Source: the human T2T-CHM13v2.0 reference genome, Homo sapiens
Direction: 5' to 3' (one strand)
DNA: 64,000 nucleotides
NCBI RefSeq assembly: GCF_009914755.1
Contig: NC_060926.1
Below are positions 17,065 to 37,320 of the stretch, one piece after another. The position numbers and the translations under genes were made by a program. The notes beneath the pieces are model-generated. The model worked only from the letters and a program-made list of their open reading frames with translations. It was not told the DNA's origin and made no database searches. Positions within the stretch are counted from its first letter, which is position 1; each line of letters begins with the position of its first letter.

Positions 17065-17700
17065 GGCTGGTGCAGTGGCTCACACTTGTAATCCCAGCAC
17101 TTAGGGAGGCCAAGGCAGGAGGATCGCTTAAGCCCAGGAATTTGAGACCAGCCTGGATGCTGTAAGGAGACCATGTCTCTACAAAAAAAATAACAGAATT
17201 AGCTGGGTGTCATGAAACACTTCTGTAGTTCCAGCTGGGGGGCTGAGGTTGGAGGATCACTTGTGCCCACGAGTTCAGGGCTATAGTCAGCTATGATTGT
17301 GCCATTGCACTCCAGTCTGAGACTCTGTCTCTTTAAAAGAGAAAGTTTTAAAGAGACTCTGTCTCTTTAAAAAAACAACAAGAGGCTGGGTGCAGGGCTC
17401 ACGCCTGTAATTCCAGCACTCTGGGAGGCTGAGAGGGGTGGATCACAGGATCAGGAGATTGAGACCATCCTGGCTAACACGGTGAAACCCCATCTCTACT
17501 AAAAATACAAAAAAAATTAGCTGGGCGTGGTGGCAGGCGCCTGTAGTCCCAGCCACTCGGGAGGCTGAGGCAGGATAATCGCTTGAACCCGGGGAGGTGG
17601 AGCTTGCAGTGAGCCGAGATTGCGCCACTGCACTCCAGCCTGGGTGACAGAGCGAGACTCAGTCTCAAAAACAGCAACAACGACAACAACAGAAACAAAT
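17065..17700 (+). mobile_element. Two sense Alus (AluJ 17065-17340; AluSc/Y-like 17384-17700)
   Basis: Forward Alu consensus; GAGACTCTGTCTCTTTAAAA is duplicated between them; the second tail has decayed to (AAC)n. Confidence 0.9.
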
Positions 17701-18024
17701 AGTGTAAACCAGCCAGACTCTTTCTCTTATACTTAATATTTCAGATGCTTTAGTATAGCAATGAGAAAAGTACTAGATCAGGGATTGCATATATGTGTAC
17801 CTCTCTTTGATTTAGTGGTCATTTTCTGAATTTTCAAATAATGCAGGCAATTAATAAATATTTGGAGGTTTCAGTGTATTGTTGGACCTAATATTATAGG
17901 CTAATTTTCTTATTTTCAGTATAGAATTTTACTTAAAATTATGAACTTTTAAAAATAACTTTTATTATAAAGCTATTTTAATAATGATTTACCTTTTCTG
18001 TCTCTTTTCTTTATAATTTTGCAG

Positions 18025-18107
18025 CCTGCCTCATCTGGAGATGATAGAGCCATGTGTTTTACTTGTAGTGTATGCCTCGTTTGTTGGGAACCTACTGATG
18101 AACCTTG
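18025..18107 (+). CDS. BIRC6: BIRC6 exon 6 (83 nt, phase 0 to 2), BIR CxxC
   Basis: ttttgcag|CCT GCC ... CCT TG|gtgagt; encodes PASSGDDRAMCFTCSVCLVCWEPTDEP(W). Confidence 0.96.
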
Positions 18108-18639
18108 GTGAGTCTTGATGTTTCTGGGCATAATAGGCTAAGTCAGTCGTGTAAATAATGCTTCTAATTTTTACTTTTCTGCTTATGATATAATTTTTTG
18201 CCTTTTTGCCACCTATATTTTTGTCATTGTCCTGAGAATGAGCTAGCCCTGTCTATACTCTGGCACACCACTTGGCATACAGTGTCTGTAAGTTTGACTT
18301 TCTAAAAATTGTACACAAGGGAAGTACCAAACAGTAGAACCACGCTCTAACGAAAACCGGAAAGCTATGGTAAAGTGAACTCCAGCGTGAGCTTCAGCAG
18401 TTGAATCTTGGTCTGTTGAGAGCATGTTGTCAGTAGGGAATCCATGGAGAGAGCCTTATAGTATACATTTCTAATTTTGAAGTAATTTTAGGGAGTCTTT
18501 GATGTCTCTGAATTTTAGTGCATGAAATTTTAGAACCTGGTTAAACATTAGAGATCATGTATTGAAACTTCATTTTTACAAATAACTATTCTGAGGTCTT
18601 ATTAATAGAAATAATAGTATATTATTATAGCAAATATTT

Positions 18640-18890
18640 ATATAAGATGGTATACTAGGTACCATTCTGAATACTTTATGTATTTTTAAATCATTTAATT
18701 CTCATGTTTCCCTGTGAAGTAGGTACTATTGTAATCTCCATTTTATAGGAGGGAACTATGAATATTTTCCAGTTTAACCTTTACAGTCACTCTATGAGAT
18801 AGGAGTTACTATCCCATTTTAAAATGAAGAGAATAAAATTTGCTGAAGGGCATATGGCTAGTGATAGAGCCAGGGTTTGGTTTTAGGATA
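18640..18890 (-). mobile_element. MIR fragments
   Basis: Two copies of the MIR core (gtaggtactattgtaatctccattttatag and actatcccattttaaaatgaaga). Confidence 0.6.
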
Positions 18891-19226
18891 TGTTGCTTAT
18901 TTTGTATGAAAATTAGTTTGAAGTCTCTGAATGTTAAATCAGCTGATGTGCATGGGGCAAACTTGCTAAAACGTATTGCAGTGTACCTATGGAGTTCAGA
19001 TTGGAAAATACTGTATGAAAAATTCAAGTTGTATCTATCTGCAGGCAGAGAGTTGAATACAGTAGTCCCCCTTATTTGCAGGGCATGCATTCCAGGACCC
19101 ATTGGATACCTGAAACAGCAGATAGTACTGAACCATATACATACTATATTTTTTTCCCTATACATCCATAACCTATGATAAAGTATAATTCATAAATTAA
19201 GCACAGAAAGAGATTAATAACAATAA

Positions 19227-19557
<331 letters not shown>

Positions 19558-19644
19558 TAACAATATACTGTAATAAAAGTTCTGTGACTGTGGTCAGTCT
19601 GTCTGTGTTTCTCTCTCTCCAAATATCTTACTGTACTGTACTCA

Positions 19645-19995
<351 letters not shown>

Positions 19996-20088
19996 GAGTG
20001 AAGCTGTGGATAAGAGGGGGACCTGTTGCATGAGCAATTTTCAGTTTAAGTTGAGTTTCTGTTTGGAATTGTCTTTCCCCGTAAAGGC

Positions 20089-20125
<37 letters not shown>

Positions 20126-20269
20126 GTGTATATATATATATGTATATATATATACACACACACACATATATGTGTATATATATATACACACACACACATA
20201 TATGTGTATATATATATACACACACACATATATATGTACACACACACACACACACACACATATATACAC
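20089..20269. repeat. Compound (TG)n/(TA)n/(CA)n microsatellite with a 32-bp higher-order unit
   Basis: About 180 bp of alternating purine-pyrimidine; (TA)6(CA)6TATATGTG occurs identically at 20143-20174 and 20175-20206. Confidence 0.95.
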
Positions 20270-20699
20270 CATTTTAGTATATATTTTTTAGGTCCCTATG
20301 CCAATCCTCAAAAAGTTATTTAACCTATACCTGAAAAGTTATACAGTATTATCAAATATTATTTTCTTTGTAAATATTTTCTATGGAAAGTTGATTAAAA
20401 TTTCTAACTTGGGATACTGAAAACCCATGTTTTCTTGACATGGCCAGGGATTCAGGGAGTCTACCTCTTCTTTGCACCAGCATTTGGGATTCCTCAAACA
20501 CTCAAGAAGTTGATTTGGTCTCTTAAGACCTGGGGCAAGTCTTCCAAATGGGTAGGAGGGAAGAGGATTGATGGAGGCTGGGGAACCTAGGCACCTTCTG
20601 AATTGTAAAGGGGAAAGGAAAAATTTGAAAGGGCGAATGGGACTCATATTTTGACTGTGCGAGTTGATAGAGAGTTACTTTGGAGGGAGGTTGAAGTTA

Positions 20700-21290
20700 A
20701 AAACATAAAAAATGGACCATACCCTAGTAACTAGCAATTCCACTTCTATTTACGTACCCTAGGGAGTTAATTGCTCTTGTAGGCACAGAGGCATAAAGTG
20801 GATGGTCACTGCAGTTAAAAATCGGAATCCTTTTAAATGCCAATCAGGAGGGGAATAGCCAAATAGAATGTGCTATGTTCATATAATAGACTGTGGTCCA
20901 ACAGTTAAGGGGAATGAACAGTAAGATCTCTGTTAATCACCCTCAGTAACTTTCAGATATGTTACTGTATCAAGAAATCTTTCGTGTTAATAGAATGGTA
21001 GATGATTGGATACATGATAAAATGTATATGTGTCATGTACAGTGACACCAATTGTTTAACAATTTAAGACCCTGTATTTTATTTTTAAAATTTTTTTTCA
21101 TACATACTTCCACATCATGTATTTTCTATATGTACATTTATGTATGTAAACTTAAAAAATATTTTAGAAATGTATCACTTAAATTTATAATGGTGGTTTC
21201 CTGGAGGTGGGATTGGAAATTATTGGGATTAGATTTTAAAATTGATGTGGGTCTTTAGCTTTATTTTATATAGCCGCGTGTAACTTATAT
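20700..21290 (+). mobile_element. Ancient L1ME-like 3' fragment
   Basis: ctagcaattccacttcta...aaatgccaatcag...aatgtgctatgttcatataataga resemble L1 ORF2 end/3' UTR motifs. Confidence 0.5.
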
Positions 21291-21584
21291 AAATAAAATT
21301 TTATTGAAAAAGTTAAAACTCAGGAAAGAGAGAGAGACGGAAAGGGGTAAGGTACGCTAGATTTAGCTGGGAGGGAACCTGGCCCAAATGTCATTTGCTT
21401 GGAAGTGCACTGTAAAAGGATTTAGGAAAGACATCTACATATTAAAAATTGCCCAGGATTTATAGATGGATTTATATATGTAAGTTGTAGGTGCATTGTA
21501 AAAAGAAATACATACATTTTAAGGAGTAGCATGTTTTATGTGTAAAGTTCTTTCTTTGCCATGGAAATAAAACAATGAGTTTAA

Positions 21585-23182
<1,598 letters not shown>

Positions 23183-23708
23183 GCCTTCAGATCTTTACTA
23201 AAAAACTTTTTAGTAAAATAATTTAGTAAAATATTTAGTAAAATAACTTTTTGTGTTATGAGTGGCATTTATCGAGTTTCAGCTGTATATCATTTATAGT
23301 TGTGGCCCCTGATAGATATGGAGAATTTTAAATTGAAACATAGTAGTTAATCATTCAAAGCTGTAGGAAACCAGTGTGAGGAAATAACAGGAGTTTAAAC
23401 AATTTTGTAGTATGTAATATAGCATTGTATTGGTTTTTCAGTTTTTTCTGAGATTGACTTTATAATCAGTTAAAGTGAGTAACAACTGCTATTGTTGAAT
23501 GTTTGGAATATTGAATGTGTGAATTTGTAAACGGTTGAACATGTTAGAGTGATCTTCATAAAACTGAATGATTTGGTTATATTAAGTCTTTAATGATGAA
23601 TACTTTAAGTTCAGTTAAAAAAAGATGATGATCCTGGAGTTCTGTTTTAATGTACAAACTGAATTGCTTTATTTTTAGTAAACTTTTCCTTTCTAAATCT
23701 ATGCAAAG

Positions 23709-23931
23709 GTCTGAACACGAAAGACATTCCCCAAACTGCCCATTTGTGAAAGGTGAGCACACACAGAATGTGCCATTGTCAGTCACTCTTGCAACAAGTC
23801 CTGCACAGTTTCCTTGTACGGATGGAACTGACAGAATATCTTGCTTTGGGTCGGGGAGCTGCCCTCATTTTCTAGCTGCTGCAACTAAACGAGGAAAGAT
23901 CTGCATATGGGATGTTTCCAAACTTATGAAG
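23709..23931 (+). CDS. BIRC6: BIRC6 exon 7 (223 nt, phase 2 to 0), end of the BIR domain plus a WD40-like segment
   Basis: atgcaaag|G TCT GAA CAC ... ATG AAG|gtatgt; SEHERHSPNCPFV supplies the His/Cys zinc ligands; LAAATKRGKICIWDV is WD40-like. Confidence 0.95.
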
Positions 23932-24008
23932 GTATGTTTGAATTTTGAAGTAACAAATTAGTAATTGAAAAAAGATCAGTTGTAAACTTAGGCTTTTCAT
24001 TTGTTTAG

Positions 24009-24169
24009 GTGCACTTAAAGTTTGAAATTAATGCCTATGATCCAGCAATTGTACAACAGCTTATTCTATCAGGAGACCCAAGCTCAGGAGTTGATTCAAG
24101 GAGACCAACTTTGGCGTGGCTGGAGGACTCCTCTAGTTGCTCAGATATACCAAAATTGGAAGGAGATAG
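24009..24169 (+). CDS. BIRC6: BIRC6 exon 8 (161 nt, phase 0 to 2)
   Basis: ttgtttag|GTG CAC ... GAT AG|gtatgt; encodes VHLKFEINAYDPAIVQQLILSGDPSSGVDSRRPTLAWLEDSSSCSDIPKLEGD. Confidence 0.94.
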
Positions 24170-26473
24170 GTATGTGAGTTTGTTTTAGTAGTATTTAATA
24201 GATGTTACATGTTTTCCTAAATTTTATATTCTCATAGTTCTAATAATTAAAGAGGAGGAAAAAAAAGTTACGCAGTTAAGAGATCAGAGAGTAAATGTTT
24301 GGTTAGAAATCTGAAATCTGTGATTCTTGAAGAAAAATCTTCATTCAGAAACACCGTAGTTTATAAAATATGCTTAACTTTCTATCACAATCTATGTCAA
24401 TTGGAAATAATTGCCACATTGAACAATAGATGATGAAAAGTCAACATTGGAAAGTCTAAATAATGAAATGAAATTCTATTGTAGTTTCACCTTCTGCTAA
24501 ATCTTTTCATAGAGCATTCGAACTAGATGATTTCAGTTTCCGTTTTTTCATTAGCACCTCAAATTATGGCAGTGCTAATGAATAATAATAATGGGATGAC
24601 CTGAGGTGAGGCAAGAGGATCTAATTGTTTAAAACAGTGTACCAGTAGTCAGCAGTGAGTTGAGATACCATAATTATTGCTATAGAAATATTTTGGTAAA
24701 ATTGCTGTTCTGGATTCTCCTTCACTCAACTTCTCTGAGAGATTCCTGATTTTTGTGGTGGGGTGGGAGAGTCAAAGTATCACCCTCTTTCACCCACTTG
24801 TTTCCTAAGAACCACTGTGGTTTTGACTGAACTGGGCTAGTAAGATTCTGTAGGTGGAGGGGAAGAAGATTGTGTAGGCAGCCATGTGAAATGGAGCTAT
24901 TTAACTGTGATCAGATGTCTTGATAGACTGAGAATATCTGCCATTTCACTTCCAGGGGCTCCTTATGTTACTGACATGTGATGGGTGTTACTCTGTAGTC
25001 AGTGATTTATCATTTTACTTCACAACCCCTTTGGTGGGATGTCCTTTCATTAAGGAATAATGTAAAGTTTTATTAATGGAAATTATTTCATTAATGGAAT
25101 TAGTGGAAAATTTACAATATATGTGTTACTTCTGTCTAGTTCCTCTTGGTAATAACATGTTGATTAAAGCCTTGTGGTTGTTCTATTAATATAAATCTCT
25201 GTGAAAGCTTAATGGGAAAGCAGCTTAACTGTTGTCTGAGTTTCTGACCATATTTTGCCAATAGGACTAGATATTAAGCATGCTTAATTTCTGTGATTTC
25301 TTAGAAGTTAGTGGAAAAGTAATAGAAGATAATGAAATTTATATGTCCTTCTAGGCACTTACTTTAATTTGAACTTTGTCTTGAAGTTTTGTAATTTGGG
25401 GATTAAAAATGGAATCAAAATATACTTCTAGGATTACATACACCCATACACATATAGTCACACCCTCCTAGGTAAAATCTGCATTTTAGATAAACATGTA
25501 TTCTGTATTATTAGTGGAAATACTTCTCAACATTATATGGGGTAATGTGCTTGAGTTGAGGTAATCTCTACTTGCTTTTAAGAAATTCACAATCTAGGGT
25601 CGAAGGTCAATTTTCTCTGAAGAAAGTCTCAAACAAATCATACAAAAACATTAAGTTGATGTGGTAGGAGGAAGCTGAAGAGGTGAAACTTCATCCCTAA
25701 CCTTAAGCCCCCTCTCTTCACTTCCCCTCCCCAAGAAGTAGGAGCAGTCCTGTTGGAATTGATAGTGAATATAATGAGCCACACTACCTCTCACTTTATG
25801 TGACACAAGATCCAATATGTTTGGTTATAAAATATACTATGTGGGTTTCATTAGCTTGAAGAATAATACATTAATTGGAAAAATCTAAGCTTATCCAAGA
25901 AGTTTAAAGTAATTAGCAATATAGTTTGCTTAGAATAGTTTTTGTAAAATTTGTTTTTATTTCTTATTTACATTGAAGGACTAAGGAATTGTTTTTGACA
26001 ATTTTTTCTTAGAAGACTATATTTGTCTTCTGAATTAAGGAAGAAGATATGCTAATACATTTAATTTTAATGAATTAAGATTTCTTCTAGATGATTCACT
26101 TGTCATTTGTATATCAGGTCAAGTTGGTAAAAATTCCTTGAATGTAAATGAAATTGTTTATGGGATTGCTGTAAACCAAGGTACTGTTACAATATTAGTA
26201 TGTCTGTTTTTCAGAAACACATATAATCTTAACTAAACATTTTTACTTTAACCATAATATTTATTTTGCATGTTTATTGCTTTGTAAAAGGTTTTGCAAA
26301 ATGTAGAAGGCTTTAGTAAATACAGTGCCTATTATATAAATAGTGCATGCTTATTGCAGGAAAATGGGAAAATGCAGGAGTGGAAATTGATGAAATATAG
26401 AGTAGTCATAATCACACTATGGGATTATGGTAACATTTATATGTATTCTAGTTTCTTTTTAAAATGTGTGTGT

Positions 26474-27510
<1,037 letters not shown>

Positions 27511-28071
27511 TGATTATATTTTTGAGAACTTTCAGAATAAAACATTCTTTGCTAATTTAAGGCTTTTATCTGGCAACTGTCTTTGAAATATCAAGACACC
27601 TGAATTCCTTTAAAACATACTACTACTTAATTTTATTGTTCATCTTAGTACAGCAGGTTAATACTTGGTTATTTATTTTTCTTTAATGGGCAGCCATTCT
27701 ATACTTAAAACCTGTTTTCTTGGTTTGGACTTCTTCATTCTTGATAATTCCCAATTATTAATATTTCTTCTTGGGATTCATTTTTACACTTACTCTGTTT
27801 CTCTGAAACCAGCCAATTAGGCTAATGAATTAGCAGCTGATTTTAAACTTTTTTTGCATTTTTTGCTTTTGTAAATTACAGCATTAAATTGGTTTATGGG
27901 CAACTGTTATCACCTGAAAAAACTAAAACAGAGAAACTTTTTCAAAAATATATAAGTGAATTTCCCCCAGCCGCCGCAAAATATTTCAAACATTGCCTTG
28001 GAGTGCAGTAATATCCTTAAGCATTTTCAGTGCGGAATACCACTTCATATTCTGTATAAAATAACATCGTA

Positions 28072-28154
28072 GGCCAGGTGCGGTGGCTTATGTTTGTAAT
28101 CCCAGCACTTTGGGAGACCGAGGCGGGAGGATCACAAGGTCAGGAGATAGAGAC
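28072..28154 (+). mobile_element. 3'-truncated Alu (first ~80 nt only)
   Basis: GGCCAGGTGCGGTGGCT...GTCAGGAGATAGAGAC, then similarity stops abruptly. Confidence 0.85.
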
Positions 28155-28656
28155 AAGACTTTGTCTTGTCTTGATGACCCCCATCTTCTGAGTTGTCATA
28201 GTTTTCCTATATGTAAAGGAGTTCTTAGCCTCTCCAAAACAAAATACAGAACAAAAATAAAATTGCATGTACATGTGAGTACACAAACATACACACTTGC
28301 TTATACAACTATTATGTTTGGTTTTAGGCTGTCCTGAATTCAGTAATAGAATAGTTCTTAATGCTTTACTACTGCAAGCTGGTGCTTGATTTTATTAGTT
28401 GCTGCTGTCTTTTATATTTTTGTTTGCCCAAACTGTCCTTAGTCACACAGTAGTCTTCAAATTCCTACAAATGTTATTATGGATTCTTGGAGGTTTCCAT
28501 ACCCTATTTCAGTTAGGCATTTATTTAATGATTTAAGAAGATTTTTGTCAGTGTTGTTAATCAGTTATGATATCAAACTACTCTTTATATATCATTTAAG
28601 CCTATTTTAATTATATGGTTGAGATGTGTAGTAGTGATTTTAACACTGTACTTTCA

Positions 28657-28962
28657 GGCCAGGCATAGTGGCTCATGCGTATAATCCCAGGACTTTGAGA
28701 GGTAGAGGTGGGAAGATTGCTTAAGCCCAAGGGTTCAAGACCAGCCTGGGCAACATGGTGAGACCCCGTCTCTGCAAAAATTAAAAGAAAAAAGTAGCTG
28801 GGCATGGTGGCGTGTGCCTGTGGTCCCACCTACACGGGAGGCTGAGGCAGGAGGATTGGTTGAGGCCAGGAGGAGGTCAGGGCTGCAGTGAGCTGTGTTC
28901 CTGCCACTGTACTCCAGCCTGGATGACAGACTGAGACCCTGTCTCAAAAAAACCCACAAAAC
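28657..28962 (+). mobile_element. AluJ
   Basis: Full diverged Alu ending about 85 nt upstream of exon 9. Confidence 0.9.
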
Positions 28963-29045
28963 CAACTGTTCTTTTTTCTTTGCTTTCTCATATGATGTAT
29001 ACTTTTTTTGAAATTCAAATTGTTTACTTTGTTTTTTGATTTAAG

Positions 29046-29104
29046 TGATGATTTACTGGAGGATTCAGACAGTGAAGAGCATTCCAGATCAGATTCTGTG
29101 ACAG
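29046..29104 (+). CDS. BIRC6: BIRC6 exon 9 (59 nt, phase 2 to 1), acidic Ser-rich linker
   Basis: gatttaag|T GAT GAT ... ACA G|gtatgt; encodes DDLLEDSDSEEHSRSDSVT; its phases bridge exons 8 and 10. Confidence 0.92.
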
Positions 29105-29703
29105 GTATGTAAAAAGTATTAGATAATGTATTTAAAAAATTCTTTACACAGTTGTGCATACAGCTAACTACCACTTAATTCTGAATTTCTTAGTTAATGC
29201 TAACTCTAAATTTTTGCTAGTATACACAGAAGACTGAAATATTGTGTGTCAGAGATCTCAAATTAGTAGTATGTACATAGTGTTCCATATTTAAAATTTA
29301 AATGGTACCTATTTGAGCCAAAGGAATTACAGTGGATAGTTACGTTAAAGTTTTGTCACATATGTCAGGTAATTAAATGTTTTTATTTGTATAATGTATT
29401 CTGTTAACTAAAAGTAGTGTTTAAAGCTCTTTATTCATGTAGGTGAATAAAGAACTACATTTTAATGTGTGAAATTATAGACATTAAAACATCAAGTAAA
29501 TGCTGCCTTACTAGCTTTTAAGATACTAGGGCAAAATAATATACTTCGTATTTTAATGTTATTTTGTAGGAAAAGCTAATAGTATGTTTCAAAATAGTTT
29601 TACTATGTCAGAATTTAAATCCTAACTCTTCTACTTAATATAGTCTGATTGCATTTCCTGATATATAGCATGGTGGTATTAAAGTCTGTTATTTAGAGTT
29701 TTA

Positions 29704-30084
<381 letters not shown>

Positions 30085-30445
30085 TTATTAAATTGTGGCT
30101 ATTGTTTAATGTTAGATGCTGTGTACTATGGACATATATAACTTAAATCTTTTTAGAAGAGGAATGGTTTTGTATAGTACAGTTCAAAAAAATTATAGTT
30201 AACATTTGGTAGTAAATATTCTTTAAATTTTATCATCAGATTTTTTTGAAAGGCACTAAATGGAACACTGGACAATTTTGGGTTAATCTTTAGCAGTCTT
30301 TTGAAGCAGTTCTTAGCAATGAACAAAAAAAATCACCAAATAAGGCAGGAAAATGCCCTTAAAAATGTGCAAATGTGTAATTCGTTCTAGAGAAGTTAAA
30401 AATTGTTTTTTTTTCTTTTAAAAAAACATAGACTGAGGAAGCTAA

Positions 30446-32002
<1,557 letters not shown>

Positions 32003-32796
32003 TATTGAAATATATTTCTTAATTTCAAAAATGTGAGTGCAGATAAAGAGACATTTGTTTTTTAGTTGGAGGTTATGAGGTTTGAAGATATCTAAGAGGA
32101 CTGCATAGGGAAAAGTTTGGTATTTGAACCACAGATCAGAATTAAGTATACATGGCTTCTTGTGAAGATTGAGAAGAATGTTTGGTAGGAAGTTAAAGAA
32201 GGGCTCAAATTGAAATTTGAGTTTTAAAAGAGTGCCTAGATAAAACCTAATTGCTTACCTGAGGAAGTTTGGTTAACACTACCCAAATAAGCAGAATAGA
32301 GAAGGGTTTTTAAAATGATTGTCTGAAGAATATTATGCTGGTGCTTGTTTGTAGGTATTTGTGTAAAAATTTATTTTTTGGCCTAGTAGGTTTTAGAAAT
32401 TCTGAAATAGGTAGAGTTGACAAGTTCTGCAGGGCGTTTGTCAGTCATCAGTGTGCTTTGTCACCCTTCTGAGTAGAATGTATAGTTTATGCTGCTTCCC
32501 ACATGTTGAATAAATATTTGAGAAGCAGCAAAGTAATAATGCCACTTGTAATATTTTCCTTTTTAATAAAGTCTCACCTCACATACCATTTACTTTGAAT
32601 ATTGACTGAAATTTGTGTTAATATATGTAATTTATGGTTTATTTTGTCATAGTATATACATAGACCAAAATTGTTTTTTCTTGGCAGTTTCCTACATAGA
32701 TTAGAAAGAAAACATTTAAGTAAATTTGTCAGTTTAGTCCAGTTGGGCATCCTCAGGATTTATTGTGGTATAGTACATGTTATAAAAATATCTCAG

Positions 32797-32872
32797 TTGA
32801 TCGCGCCACTGCACTCCAGCCTGGGCAACAGAGTGAGACTCCGTCTAAAACAAAACAAAACAAAAAACAAAA
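32797..32872 (+). mobile_element. 5'-truncated Alu 3' end
   Basis: gatcgcgccactgcactccagcctgggcaacagagtgagactccgtct followed by (AAAAC)n. Confidence 0.88.
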
Positions 32873-33249
32873 CCACCTCAGTCAGCCTTCAATTTCCAAT
32901 CTGAATTGTAGAGAAAATATACATGAATATTGAATGACAGAAAAAAGGCTGCATGTGACTATAGCCAAATGAGTATTTAAATAAGTGAACAGCTTCATTA
33001 ATACAATTAAATCATGTTTATACTGAAAATTTTTTTCTGCTGTAGCTAGAAAATATTTCCGTTTTAGGGGGTAGTAGTCATGTTATGTGAAATGACATCA
33101 TCCCCAGATTATGGGAAATTCTAGATATGCCAGTGAGCATGTAGAAGAGATCATGAATAAAATAGTGTAAAATGGTGTAAACAGAGCTTTGAGTTACCCT
33201 AAGTGGTTCTTCATGAATCTCAGTTGCTTATTGCTCTACTTGGGCAACT

Positions 33250-34628
<1,379 letters not shown>

Positions 34629-34757
34629 TTTGTGATTAATATCACAGGTTTAAAGGTTGAGACTGAGAAACTCAGTCCTGTGTTTCAGTATAGAAACTGA
34701 GTTCTGAGACTGTACTACTTTTAAGGGAATAGTTTAAAGAAGGCACAATAGAAAAAA

Positions 34758-35113
<356 letters not shown>

Positions 35114-35557
35114 TTAAATGAAATAAAGATTAGCAGATAATACAGAAGACACTGAATGTTTCACATAAAGATGATACAGTTTTGGAACTTTTTCTTCCTA
35201 GTTATTTTTTTTTTTCTAAACTGAGGTTAGAATTGTATTTTCTGACATTCCACTGATAATCAGCAGAGGATGGGGTGAGAGAGAAGAAATGGTGCTTATA
35301 ACTCCTTCAGAGTGGTGAAAGAAAGGAAACTGAGATTACAATCTTTTTTAATGGATATTTTGCATAGCGCATAAATGACAGATGCATAAGTAGTATTCTC
35401 TCTTTGGTTTAGAATTGAAGTGCAGAAATTCTGTTACTTTGATATTAATTTAAAGTTATGTATAAATAATATTTTTTAACTCTTTAATCACATTACTTTT
35501 TTGAAAAAAGGTTTTGCTCACAAATTGCCAAGAGAATATATTTTGAATTGAAAAGAC

Positions 35558-36165
35558 TTTTTTTTTTTTTTTGGAGACAGTCTCACTCTTGTTGCCCAGA
35601 CTAGAGAGTACAGTTGCGTGATCTCAGCTCACTGCAACTTCTGTCTCCCAGGTTCAGGTTATTCTAGTGCCTCAGCCTCCCTGAGTAGCTGGGACTACAG
35701 GCATGTGCCACCATGCCCGGCTAATTTTTTTTTTTTTTTTTTTTTGAGACATAGTCTCACTCTTGTTGCCCAGGCTGTGGTGCAATGGTGCGGTCTTGGC
35801 TCACCACAACCTCCGCCTTCTGGCTTCAAGCGATTTTCCAGCCCCAGCCTCCTGAGTAGCTGGGATTACAGGCATGCACCACCACACCCAGCTAATTTTG
35901 CATTTTTAGTAGAAATGGGGTTTCTCCATGTTGGTCAGGCTGGTCTCAAACTCCCGGCCTCAGGTGATCTGCCCGCCTCAGCCTCCCAAAGTGCTGGGAT
36001 TACAGGCATGAGCCATCGCGCCCAGCCTCTAATTTTTTGTATTTTTAGTAGAGGCGGGGTTTTGCCATGTTACTCAGGCTGGTCTCGAACTCCTGAGCTC
36101 AGGTAATCTGCCTACCTCAACCTCCCAAAGTGCTAGGATGACAGATGTGAGCCACCTGCCTGGCC
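35558..36165 (-). mobile_element. Nested Alus: AluSp-like (35725-36028) in the middle A-linker of an outer AluS
   Basis: Outer arms 35558-35724 and 36029-36165; CTAATTTTTT duplicated. Confidence 0.88.
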
Positions 36166-36271
36166 TAAGTTGAAAATAATTTTGAGTCCCTTGAATACCT
36201 TTACGGTTTTTCTGAGTAAGCTCATCTTAGATTTGATTATGTCTTAAGAAAAAAAAAAAAAAGAAAAAAAA

Positions 36272-36919
<648 letters not shown>

Positions 36920-36922
36920 TTA

Positions 36923-37249
<327 letters not shown>

Positions 37250-37320
37250 TACTTGTGTATTCATAATGTGCTGACTGGATGAGTAGAAACATATCTAATG
37301 AATATTGTTCCTTTTTAAAG

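Noticed and set aside
23198-23245. Three copies of TTTAGTAAAATA
   Set aside because: Ordinary AT-rich slippage duplication.
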